Part shown: positions 19,201-28,098 of the stretch, piece by piece
Position numbering within the stretch: the first letter of the stretch is position 1
Layout of the letters: each line of letters starts with the position of its first letter
Position numbers and translations under genes: made by a program
The notes under the pieces: generated by a model
Told to the model about the DNA's origin: nothing
The model's input: the letters and a program-made list of their open reading frames with translations, nothing else
Database searches by the model: none
DNA from: Clostridia bacterium
Lineage (GTDB): Bacteria; Bacillota; Clostridia; TANB77; CAG-508
DNA length: 64,000 nt
Assembly (NCBI GenBank): GCA_017517685.1
Contig: JAFWYK010000002.1
Coordinates: forward strand, 11,477 to 75,476
Direction of reading: 5' to 3'

Positions 19201-20352
19201 TTATCTTTCTGGCTCCGCATTCGAATTCTCAGAAATTGTCATATTGCTAGCATATTGCATAGCAGCTCTTTCTTGTCTTGTTTGTAATAATCTACCAACT
19301 GTCTTATGAGCTTCAACTCCCATATCCTTATATTCAAAATTTCCATCTCTTAAATCTATACCACCAGCATAGTTCCAAAGATTCATATTGTGTGCTGGCT
19401 CTTTACTAACAACTTCAGATACCATTACAGCAATTGATCTCGCATACTCTGGATTTGTTTGATCATTTGCCATTTGAAATAATCTTTCCATATCAAATTC
19501 AGCTGGAAGTGAAAATTCGAAATTAACTCCATTTGGATTTATTTTACATGGTTTTCCTGGTTTAGTTTCTTGTTTAAATGCTGAATAATAATATTCTTGA
19601 ATACCATTTGCATGTGTAACAAGCTCAATATTTTGAATAGTCAAATCTATATCATTTCCATTGTTAATATTAGTAATTTTAAAACTTCCATCAAGTTGTC
19701 TTTTAAAACTTGGATTTTGAATTCTTGCTTGCAATTCTCTTTCTTTTTTAGTTCTTGCTTTTGTTACATTTAAAACTAATTCTTGTTCTGCTTGTTCTTG
19801 CTCAGCTACGTTTCTTTCATGTGTTTCTTTCATTTGTTTATCTGTTTCAGCAAGACGCTCTTTTAATTCTTTAGTTAAATTCTCAGTAACCCAAGCTTCA
19901 ACTTCTGTATGTGAGTCTAAAATGCTTCCATATGAATTAATTCTACCTAAATGATTTACTTTTGTTCTATCTAAAGCTTCTAGATAAGCTTTAGGTCTAT
20001 TTAATAATATTGCAATTAATCCTGCATCTATCGCATCTTGAACAGATAATGTTTCTGGAAGCTCAAAGCTCACCATTCTACCTTTTAAATCACTCGTATA
20101 TCCATCTCTATTGTATTTAACTATATTAGCTGTATATATAAATGTTTTTTCACCATCGTAATTTTGAAATTTTTTTCCTGTATTTCTTGGTGTTTTGAAT
20201 TGTAAAGATTCTCCTGAAGTATCGAAAACAGGAACCTTAACACCATAAGTCTCAATAGGATCAAATTTACTAAAAACAGGTGTCCCAGTATCTAACAATA
20301 ATTGATCAGTATTCTTTTTAAATATTCTTTTAAATATATCCAAAAATCCCAT
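19201..20352 (-). CDS. Hypothetical protein with central charged coiled-coil
   Basis: No recognisable motif; central KE/Q-rich predicted coiled coil. Confidence 0.4.
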   Translation of the reverse strand: MGFLDIFKRIFKKNTDQLLLDTGTPVFSKFDPIETYGVKVPVFDTSGESLQFKTPRNTGKKFQNYDGEKTFIYTANIVKYNRDGYTSDLKGRMVSFELPETLSVQDAIDAGLIAILLNRPKAYLEALDRTKVNHLGRINSYGSILDSHTEVEAWVTENLTKELKERLAETDKQMKETHERNVAEQEQAEQELVLNVTKARTKKERELQARIQNPSFKRQLDGSFKITNINNGNDIDLTIQNIELVTHANGIQEYYYSAFKQETKPGKPCKINPNGVNFEFSLPAEFDMERLFQMANDQTNPEYARSIAVMVSEVVSKEPAHNMNLWNYAGGIDLRDGNFEYKDMGVEAHKTVGRLLQTRQERAAMQYASNMTISENSNAEPER

Positions 20353-20451
20353 CTTTTGTGCCCTTTACTTATACTTTTTTAATTACTATCATTATAAACC
20401 ATATTTTTCAAGATTAACATTACAATAACATTATATTTGTGTAACCATTGT

Positions 20452-20477
20452 AACAAAAAAGAGTGCCGAAGCACTCT
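20452..20477 (-). terminator. Intrinsic terminator of rnpB
   Basis: GAGTGCttcgGCACTC hairpin followed by TTTTTTGTT on the minus strand. Confidence 0.7.
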
Positions 20478-20479
20478 TT

Positions 20480-20828
20480 CTTTAAAGTAAATCTATAAGC
20501 CGGGTTCTGTCGTGGATAGTCATTTATCTAGAATATATATTGCTATATATTTCAAGCCACACAAATCGAGAAAATGGCGAGCAGCCTTAACTTTCTCTAC
20601 AAGGTGTTGCTCCAGATAGGGTTTACACAGCCGATATATCACTATACCGCTGGTGAGCTCTTACCTCACCTTTTCACCTGAACCATATTTCTATGGTTGT
20701 TATTTTCTGTTGCACTTTCCCTAAGGTTACCCTCGCTTGACGTTATCAAGTATCATTGCTCTATGGAGCCCGGACTTTCCTCTTGTGAATCCTTTCGAAT
20801 TTCACCAGCGACTATCCAATTTACTCTA
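20480..20828 (-). ncRNA. rnpB: RNase P RNA (bacterial type)
   Basis: Minus strand reads GAGGAAAGTCCGGGCTCCATAGAGCA near the 5' end and ACAGAACCCGGCTTATAG near the 3' end; P1 complementarity AGTAAAT/ATTTACT; GC-rich island between AT-rich flanks. Confidence 0.85.
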
Positions 20829-20834
20829 TGTTTA

Positions 20835-20863
20835 ATTTTACTCTCTTTCTTCATATTAGTCAA
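20835..20863 (-). promoter_or_regulatory. Sigma-A-type promoter for rnpB
   Basis: TTGACT - 17 nt - TAAAAT about 7-10 nt upstream of the inferred RNA 5' end. Confidence 0.5.
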
Positions 20864-20882
20864 GAAAAAATTATGTAAAGTT

Positions 20883-21431
20883 CTAGTTTTTATTTTTATC
20901 TTTCCATTCAAAATATTTTAATAAATAGTTCCAACATCCAGTTTTCTCAGTTAATCCATCATAACCATTTTCTATTCTTCTAACTACTTCTTCTTTATCA
21001 ACCCATTTAATATCTGAAACTTCTTCTGGTTGCAATATTAAAGTTTTTTCATCTAAATCTTTTGTTATAACATAATATTCATTAAAATGTCTATTTATAA
21101 TATCACCTTTAATATTAGTAGAGCTTGCTGATCCTAAAAATAAGATGTCATTTCTATCAACTGTAGCACCTAACTCTTCTTTAATTTCTCTTATTATAGC
21201 TTCAAAACCAAATTCTCCAGCTAGTACATGTCCACCTGCAGTTATATCCCACATATTAGGCCAAAGCTTTTTGTTTGCACTTCTTTTTTGAAGTAACACT
21301 TGATCTTTTGAATTTACCATAAACATAGCAACCGCTTTATGCCATAAACCTTTTTCATGACATATATCTCTTGTTTCAGTTCTTCCTTCATACTCTCCAT
21401 TTTCAGTTAACACATCAAAATATTCGACCAT
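20883..21431 (-). CDS. Nudix hydrolase
   Basis: Nudix box GGHVLAGEFGFEAIIREIKEELG. Confidence 0.8.
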   Translation of the reverse strand: MVEYFDVLTENGEYEGRTETRDICHEKGLWHKAVAMFMVNSKDQVLLQKRSANKKLWPNMWDITAGGHVLAGEFGFEAIIREIKEELGATVDRNDILFLGSASSTNIKGDIINRHFNEYYVITKDLDEKTLILQPEEVSDIKWVDKEEVVRRIENGYDGLTEKTGCWNYLLKYFEWKDKNKN

Positions 21432-21443
21432 TTTTCTACTTCC

Positions 21444-22010
21444 TTACTTTAAATTTTTAATTCTTTCATTTAATTTAGCATAAATTGGTTTCATCTTATT
21501 TTCATTAGTTAATTTAACTGATTCTTCAATATCAACCCATTTAACTCCACTATTTTCATCAGCTTTAATTTGTAGAACTTCTTGTTCATCTGCTTCTAAA
21601 ATAAATGAGCAATTTAAATGTAGATGTGAAGATACATATTTTCCTCTTTTAACATGTCCATCAACAGTTAAAATTTCAAGTGATGCTAATTCACCATCAT
21701 TTAATACTTTAATATTTTTTATACCTGTTTCTTCTTCAGCTTCTTTCAAAGCAACATGAAGCATGTCTGCATCTCCATCTGCATGTCCGCCAGTCCATGC
21801 CCAAGAATCATAAATATTATGATATATCATTAATACTTTTGTTCTTTCTTTATTAACAATCCAACTTGATGATGTAAAATGGCACACTTTATTATCTCTA
21901 GTTAATGTATCCTCAAAAGTATCCATATACTCAAGTACCATATCTTTATCAGCAGTTTCTTGTTCATTACAAGGAGTATAATTCTCAATTAATTTTCTTA
22001 ACTTTTCCAT
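21444..22010 (-). CDS. Nudix hydrolase
   Basis: Nudix box GGHADGDADMLHVALKEAEEETG. Confidence 0.8.
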   Translation of the reverse strand: MEKLRKLIENYTPCNEQETADKDMVLEYMDTFEDTLTRDNKVCHFTSSSWIVNKERTKVLMIYHNIYDSWAWTGGHADGDADMLHVALKEAEEETGIKNIKVLNDGELASLEILTVDGHVKRGKYVSSHLHLNCSFILEADEQEVLQIKADENSGVKWVDIEESVKLTNENKMKPIYAKLNERIKNLK

Positions 22011-22024
22011 TATTTACTTCCTTC

Positions 22025-23599
22025 CTATTCTTTATTTAAAATTTGTAAAGCACATTTAATTCCATCCATAGCAGCTGTCATAATGCCACCTGCATAACCT
22101 GCACCTTCACCACATGGATAAATTCCTTTAATATTAGCTTCTAAAGTTTCTGTATCTCTTACAATTCTTACTGGAGAAGAACTTCTTGTTTCTAGGCCAG
22201 TTAAAATTGCATCATCATTTGCAAAGCCTTTAATCTTTTTATCAAAATCTAATAACCCTTCTTGCATTGTTTTTACAACATAATCAGGCATAATTTCTTG
22301 AAGGTTTGACATTGTTACTCCCGGTTTATATGTTGGTTTTACTTCACCAATAAAAGTGGTTTTTTTATTATTTAGAAAATCTCCTACTCTTTGAATTGGA
22401 GCATTGAAATTACCTCCTCCTAATTCAAATGCTTTTTTCTCTAAATCTCTTTGAAAATAAATACCTTCCAGTGGAGAATCACCTTTAAAATCATCTGGTG
22501 TAACACTTACTAATACAGCACTATTAGCATTTTCTCCATCACGAGCGAACTTACTCATTCCATTTGTAACAATTTCACCTTCATCACTTGATGAAGCCAT
22601 TACTGTTCCACCAGGACACATGCAAAAAGTATAACAAGATCTTTCCTCGCCATGATAAGCAAGTTTGTATTCAGCTGGTGGTAATTTTAATTTTGATTTA
22701 TTACCATACTGAGATTCATTTATCATTGATTGTTTATGTTCAATTCTAACTCCAACAGAAAAATTCTTCTTTTCTAAATTTAAACCTTTCTCATACATTT
22801 TCTCAAACATATCTCTAGCACTATGACCAATTGCAAAAACAGCAGAATCTGTTTCTATTGTATGAATAGAATTAGTCTTTAAATCTTTATATATAACACT
22901 TTTTATCTTTTTATCTTGTAATTCAAAATCAATTACTTTTGATTCAAATAAAAATTCACCACCAAGAGATATTATATTTTCTCTCATGTTTTCTATTGTA
23001 ATAATTAAATTATCTGTACCAATATGCGGTTTACTTACATACATAATTTGTTTTGGCGCACCAAAATTAACAAATTCTTTTAAAACAATTCTTCCAAGAG
23101 GATTATTTACACCTGTTGTTAATTTTCCATCAGAAAAAGTTCCAGCTCCACCTTCTCCAAATTGAACATTTGAAGTGGTCATTAATTTACCTTCGCTTAA
23201 AAATTTATCAATATCCTTTTTTCTTTCTTTTACTTTTTTTCCTTGTTCAATAACTATAGGTTTAATTCCTTTTTGAGCAAGAATTAAAGCGCAAAATAGC
23301 CCTGCAGGACCAGCTCCGATAATAACAGGTTTAACAGTGCTTTTTCTCTTTACATCAATATTTAATTCAAAGTTTTCTTCTTTAACTTCTTTAATGCCTT
23401 TTGGTTTTTTTCCGGAATACTTAACATCCACTACATAATTATAAAAGATGTTGTCTTTATTTCTTGCGTCTATTGATTTTTTATAGATTACAAATTTAGT
23501 AATCTTGCTAAAATCAATATTATATTTTTCGCAAGCTTTTCTTACAACATCTTCTTCAGTTAAGTCTTCATAAATTTTAATATTATCTAATCTTAACAT
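22025..23599 (-). CDS. FAD-dependent oxidoreductase (COG2509-like)
   Basis: VIIGAGPAGLFCALILAQKG Rossmann dinucleotide motif; start overlaps the upstream stop (TAATG). Confidence 0.75.
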   Translation of the reverse strand: MLRLDNIKIYEDLTEEDVVRKACEKYNIDFSKITKFVIYKKSIDARNKDNIFYNYVVDVKYSGKKPKGIKEVKEENFELNIDVKRKSTVKPVIIGAGPAGLFCALILAQKGIKPIVIEQGKKVKERKKDIDKFLSEGKLMTTSNVQFGEGGAGTFSDGKLTTGVNNPLGRIVLKEFVNFGAPKQIMYVSKPHIGTDNLIITIENMRENIISLGGEFLFESKVIDFELQDKKIKSVIYKDLKTNSIHTIETDSAVFAIGHSARDMFEKMYEKGLNLEKKNFSVGVRIEHKQSMINESQYGNKSKLKLPPAEYKLAYHGEERSCYTFCMCPGGTVMASSSDEGEIVTNGMSKFARDGENANSAVLVSVTPDDFKGDSPLEGIYFQRDLEKKAFELGGGNFNAPIQRVGDFLNNKKTTFIGEVKPTYKPGVTMSNLQEIMPDYVVKTMQEGLLDFDKKIKGFANDDAILTGLETRSSSPVRIVRDTETLEANIKGIYPCGEGAGYAGGIMTAAMDGIKCALQILNKE

Positions 23600-24345
23600 T
23601 AATCTTCTCTTTCCCTTTCTCTATCCTCAGGTCTTGATTTTGATTTTTTCTTAAATGGTAATGTAATTACCGGTGTAGTTTGTTCTAATGCAAACCTATC
23701 AAATTCAGGATTGTGTTCTATAGATAAATCAGGAATTAATTTAACAACACTATCAACAAGTTGTCTAGGCATTGATTCTTCAGCCATTGCTGTTGGAAAT
23801 GGAACTGCTGGTTTATCTAAATCATCATTTAATACTTCTACTGGTGTATAGAAGCGATTAAAATCTTCTTTACCAAGTGCTGCACAGCAGAATAACATTT
23901 CATCAGGATTTTCACCTTGTTCTTCATAAATACTTCTTTCTAAAGTTGTATCAAAAAAGAAGTACTCTTTACCAATCCTTGCTATATTTGCAACATGTGG
24001 AGTTCCATTTTTTGATCTAGCCAAAATGATATGTGTGTCAAAACCTTTCATATATAGTAAGTGATTAAATAAAATCGCATTCGTTGTTTGATCTCCTGGA
24101 TTTTTCATTACACCTCTATAAAGATTGCTTAAATACTCTTCTTGTTTTGTATCTTTAGCAACACCATCATATACTTGTTCTTCTGGAAATACGTTTTGGA
24201 CAACATATTTATATAATCTTAAAACAATTTCTAATTGATCTACTAAATTAGAATTTTTAATTCTAAGATTTAAAAAACGAAGTATTTGCATTGATCTATT
24301 TTCAATTAGTCTCTTTTTTTCTTGTTTACTTACTTTTGAATTCAC
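23599..24345 (-). CDS. Hypothetical protein with charged low-complexity C-terminal tail
   Basis: No clear motif; C-terminus KKKSKSRPEDRERERED; translationally coupled to the downstream FAD enzyme. Confidence 0.35.
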   Translation of the reverse strand: MNSKVSKQEKKRLIENRSMQILRFLNLRIKNSNLVDQLEIVLRLYKYVVQNVFPEEQVYDGVAKDTKQEEYLSNLYRGVMKNPGDQTTNAILFNHLLYMKGFDTHIILARSKNGTPHVANIARIGKEYFFFDTTLERSIYEEQGENPDEMLFCCAALGKEDFNRFYTPVEVLNDDLDKPAVPFPTAMAEESMPRQLVDSVVKLIPDLSIEHNPEFDRFALEQTTPVITLPFKKKSKSRPEDRERERED

Positions 24346-24412
24346 TAACTCGTTTCTCTTTCTAAAAAAATCTTTAATATAATACCATAACTTTAACTAT
24401 TATTCAATAATA

Positions 24413-25111
24413 TTATATTCTATTTACTAAAGCTTTTAATATAGTTGCAACTCTTTTTGATACAATTCCTAAATATGTATGAAAATCTATATCATTATTA
24501 CCATTTGGTGAATCAGATACACCTCTTATTACTAAAAACGGAACATTATCTAACATACAAACTTGCGCGATAGCTGCACCTTCCATTTCCACGCATTCAA
24601 CCCCAAATTCTTCTCTAGTTTTAGCACCTAAATTAGAATCTGTACAGAAAAGATCCGCAGAACCTATCGAACCAACAATAATATTAAAATCTCTGTCTTC
24701 CATATTTTCAATAATGTCTCTTGAAAGTTCTACTAATCTATTATCTGAATGAAAAAATTTACCAGTACCACAGATTTCACCTTTTTCATAGTTTCCTGCA
24801 CCTGAAATATCGAAATCATATTGTACTAATTTATCTCCAATAACAATATCTAAGATATTTAAATCTTTATTAACTCCACCAGCAGATCCCACATTTATTA
24901 CATAATCTACTGAATATTTATCAATTAATATTTGAGCAGTTCTTGCAGCATTAACTTTTCCAACGCCACATTCTACAAGAACACATTCTTTATTTTCTAT
25001 ATTACCTAAAGTAAAAACTAAATTATAAACAGTTTCTTCTTTAATATCATTCATTATTTCTTTAATAGCCATCATTTCTGCATTTTCAGCAGCAATTATA
25101 CCAATTTTCAT
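24413..25111 (-). CDS. mtnN: 5'-methylthioadenosine/S-adenosylhomocysteine nucleosidase
   Basis: MKIGIIAAENAEM...EMEGAAIAQVC. Confidence 0.85.
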   Translation of the reverse strand: MKIGIIAAENAEMMAIKEIMNDIKEETVYNLVFTLGNIENKECVLVECGVGKVNAARTAQILIDKYSVDYVINVGSAGGVNKDLNILDIVIGDKLVQYDFDISGAGNYEKGEICGTGKFFHSDNRLVELSRDIIENMEDRDFNIIVGSIGSADLFCTDSNLGAKTREEFGVECVEMEGAAIAQVCMLDNVPFLVIRGVSDSPNGNNDIDFHTYLGIVSKRVATILKALVNRI

Positions 25112-25126
25112 TTTACTTCCTCTTTC

Positions 25127-25651
25127 TTATTTGCCTTCAAAAGATATTGAACTTAGTACATCATATCCTTCTAAAGCTTTTTTACCATTTAATTCAGGTA
25201 ATTCTATTAAACAGCAAATTTTAACAACTTCTCCGCCTAATTTTTCTACTAAATTTACAATTGCTTTTAATGTACCACCTGTTGCAATTAAATCATCTAC
25301 TATAACAACTTTTTGACCTTTTTTTATCGAATCAACATGAGCTTCTAAAGTAGCTGTTCCATACTCTAGTTTATATGATTCTTCAATAGTTTCACAAGGT
25401 AGTTTTCCTTTCTTTCTAACTGGAACAAAAGCTTTATTTAAAGCATATGCAATTGGTGTTCCAAAAATAAATCCTCTTGCCTCTGGTCCTACAACCACAT
25501 CAAAATCAACATCTTTCAATTTTTCAATCATACTGTCAACAGCTAATTTAAATCCATCACGATCTTGAAGGACTGTAGAAACATCTCTAAAAATTATTCC
25601 TTTTTCTGGAAAATCCGGAATGCTTCTTACGTAATCTTTTAATTCTTTCAT
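25127..25651 (-). CDS. apt: Adenine phosphoribosyltransferase
   Basis: VVIVDDLIATGGT PRPP-binding motif. Confidence 0.9.
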   Translation of the reverse strand: MKELKDYVRSIPDFPEKGIIFRDVSTVLQDRDGFKLAVDSMIEKLKDVDFDVVVGPEARGFIFGTPIAYALNKAFVPVRKKGKLPCETIEESYKLEYGTATLEAHVDSIKKGQKVVIVDDLIATGGTLKAIVNLVEKLGGEVVKICCLIELPELNGKKALEGYDVLSSISFEGK

Positions 25652-25790
25652 ACGTATATCTCTCCTTTAATTAAATTATAATTTATGTAGATATTTCAAA
25701 AGCAAATGTATTATATCATATTAGATATATATTTAAAATAACATTTTTGTTAAATTTAAAAGCCTCTACTTAATTGTAGAGGCTTTTAAA

Positions 25791-27518
25791 TTATTGATCT
25801 GCTAAAATCTTTTTCATTTCTTCTCTTCTAATAACTTTTTTAGTTGTAGTTTTTACTAACCCTTCACTAGAAACTATTAAATTTTGAATATGTTTATATC
25901 TTGGGAATGTTTTATTTAGTTCTTTAATATCTTCCCAAATTATTTTTTTAATTTCTTCTTCAGACTTACCTTTATATTTTTCTTCAGCAACTTCTTTATT
26001 ATATACTACTTTAGCTGATAAAGTTACGTCATTTTTATCTTCTTTAGAAGGCATTCCAAAAACCATTGATTCTTCAATTAAAGGCATTCTATTTAATAAA
26101 GTTTCAATTTCTTCTGGAAATACTTTTTTACCATTTGCTAGAACTATCATATTTTTATTTCTACCAGTAATTGTGATATATCCTTTTGTATCAATAAATC
26201 CTAAATCTCCAGTATAATACCAACCATCTTTTAAAACTTCTGTAGTTTCTTCTGGCATATCATAATATCCAAGCATAACAGAAGGAGCTTTTACTCTAAT
26301 TTCCCCAATACCTAATTCATCTTTATTAACAACTTCCATTGTTACGCTAGGCATTGCTGGTCCACATGTACCATTCTTTTTAGCTTTTGCATTTTCAGCT
26401 GCAACAACTGGAGAACATTCACTTAGTCCATAACCTTGAAGTGTTACAATACCAAAATTATCAAATGCTTGTAATATTCTTGGATCAGCAGGAGCTCCAC
26501 CAACAATAACTAATCTTAATGCTCCACCAAGTCCATCGATTACTTGTTTAAATAACTTTCTTCTAATATCAATTTTTAATTTTAAAAGTGCATTACTAAC
26601 TTTTGTAGCAACTTTAATTAATTTTGTTTTACCTTTTTTCTCTATTTCTTTAACTACAGCTTTATATATTGATTCCATAAGAAGTGGAACACCAACAAAC
26701 ATAGTTACTTTGTATTCACATAGGTTTTGTTTTACATATCTCAATCCATCTGGGAAAACTATTTTTACACCACATGCTAATGTATAAACCATACATGTAG
26801 AACCAAAAATATGGTGGAATGGTAATAATGCTATACTTGTATCTTTTTCATTAATATCTTCCACGCTTTGTAAATCATATACGTTTGTAGCAACATTTCT
26901 ATGTGATAGCATAACCGCTTTTGATTGTGATGTTGTTCCTGAAGTAAATAAAAGAATTGCTAAAGCATCATTATTTATCTCAGCATTAATATATTCATTA
27001 TTTGCATTTTCTAATTCTTTATTTCCTTCTTCCATTAAATCATATACAGAATCATAACCTTTAACTTCTGTCATTGATATAAAATGTTTTATAGAAGTTT
27101 TCTCTTGATTTCTAATTCCTCTTATAGATTCTTCTAATTTCTCGTCAAAAATAATAGCATCAGCTTTACTTCTAATTAAAGATCTTTCAAGTTCATCATA
27201 TTGTAAATCTTTATCAAGTGGAACTGAAACAATTCCTCCTAAAAGATTTGCTAAATGAGCTAAAGCCCATTCATATCTATTTTTTCCTATTATAGCAACT
27301 CTTTTTCCTTTTAATCCAAGTTTATAAAGAGCTGTTCCTAGTTTATTAATATCTTCTAAGAATTTTTTATATGTAATATTTTCATATGTAACTTCTTTAT
27401 TTTCATTTTGATGTTTAATAACAAATGCTATATTGTCAGCAAATTTTTCTGCCGCTCTATAAATAACATCTTTCATATTATTTGGTTGTGGCACTTTAAA
27501 TATTCTTTCAGTTTTCAT
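25791..27518 (-). CDS. AMP-binding long-chain acyl-CoA/ACP ligase
   Basis: LLFTSGTTSQSKAV AMP-binding motif; 575 aa. Confidence 0.8.
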   Translation of the reverse strand: MKTERIFKVPQPNNMKDVIYRAAEKFADNIAFVIKHQNENKEVTYENITYKKFLEDINKLGTALYKLGLKGKRVAIIGKNRYEWALAHLANLLGGIVSVPLDKDLQYDELERSLIRSKADAIIFDEKLEESIRGIRNQEKTSIKHFISMTEVKGYDSVYDLMEEGNKELENANNEYINAEINNDALAILLFTSGTTSQSKAVMLSHRNVATNVYDLQSVEDINEKDTSIALLPFHHIFGSTCMVYTLACGVKIVFPDGLRYVKQNLCEYKVTMFVGVPLLMESIYKAVVKEIEKKGKTKLIKVATKVSNALLKLKIDIRRKLFKQVIDGLGGALRLVIVGGAPADPRILQAFDNFGIVTLQGYGLSECSPVVAAENAKAKKNGTCGPAMPSVTMEVVNKDELGIGEIRVKAPSVMLGYYDMPEETTEVLKDGWYYTGDLGFIDTKGYITITGRNKNMIVLANGKKVFPEEIETLLNRMPLIEESMVFGMPSKEDKNDVTLSAKVVYNKEVAEEKYKGKSEEEIKKIIWEDIKELNKTFPRYKHIQNLIVSSEGLVKTTTKKVIRREEMKKILADQ

Positions 27519-27662
27519 TATTTCTCCTATAATTTTAAAAAATATTTTTACAAGTCGATTATATTATACAAAATATTTTTTGTAAATAGTTTGTAAGACT
27601 TTATTTACTAAATAATCTAATTTTGAAAACTAGATGTATTAAAAACAATAGCTCCAATTAAT

Positions 27663-27674
27663 TTTGGCGCCAAA
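27663..27674. promoter_or_regulatory. Perfect 12-nt palindrome TTTGGCGCCAAA between acpP and the acyl-CoA ligase gene
   Basis: GC-rich palindrome in an AT-rich spacer; no loop possible, so it is not a hairpin terminator. Confidence 0.25.
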
Positions 27675-27680
27675 TTGAAA

Positions 27681-27920
27681 CTATTTATTATTTTTTATAT
27701 ATGTAATAACATCATTAACAGTTACAATATGTTCTGCCTCTTCATCAGCTATTTGTAAATCAAATTCTTCTTCAATTGACATTACAAGTTCAACTATATC
27801 CAAAGAATCTGCCGCTAAATCTTCTACAAATGTAGCTTTTGGTTTTACTTGATCAGCTGATACTCCTAATTGATCTACAATAATTCCTGTTAATTTTTCT
27901 AAAATTTCTTTTTCGTTCAT
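27681..27920 (-). CDS. acpP: Acyl carrier protein
   Basis: [14 protein letters not shown] phosphopantetheine-attachment Ser motif; 79 aa. Confidence 0.85.
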   Translation of the reverse strand: MNEKEILEKLTGIIVDQLGVSADQVKPKATFVEDLAADSLDIVELVMSIEEEFDLQIADEEAEHIVTVNDVITYIKNNK

Positions 27921-27979
27921 TTAAATCTCCTTTGTAATTAATAACAAATTATTTATACCATAAAACCATACTAAAAATA

Positions 27980-28016
27980 ATTATACTGACCGGTCAAGTT
28001 CATAGACCAAGTGGTC
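27980..28016 (-). promoter_or_regulatory. Putative acpP promoter -10 (TATAAT) with two overlapping GACC..GGTC palindromic operator-like sites
   Basis: Minus strand TTGGTC...TGACCGGTCAG TATAAT; perfect TGACCGGTCA palindrome at 27987-27996 and imperfect GACCAAGTGGTC at 28005-28016. Confidence 0.35.
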
Positions 28017-28098
28017 AGAAATATTCATATAAAATTCAAAAAACGCCTATCTCAAATCTTACTTTGAAATAAGCGTTTTTATTTTAGTTTTTATTTAA

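Noticed and set aside
20480-20828. Considered tmRNA, 6S RNA or SRP RNA for the GC-rich island
   Set aside because: Presence of GGAAAGUCCGGGCUCC and ACAGAAnCCGGCUUA on the minus strand is diagnostic of RNase P RNA.
27663-27674. TTTGGCGCCAAA considered as a terminator hairpin
   Set aside because: A perfect palindrome with no loop cannot form a stable hairpin; more likely a protein-binding site.
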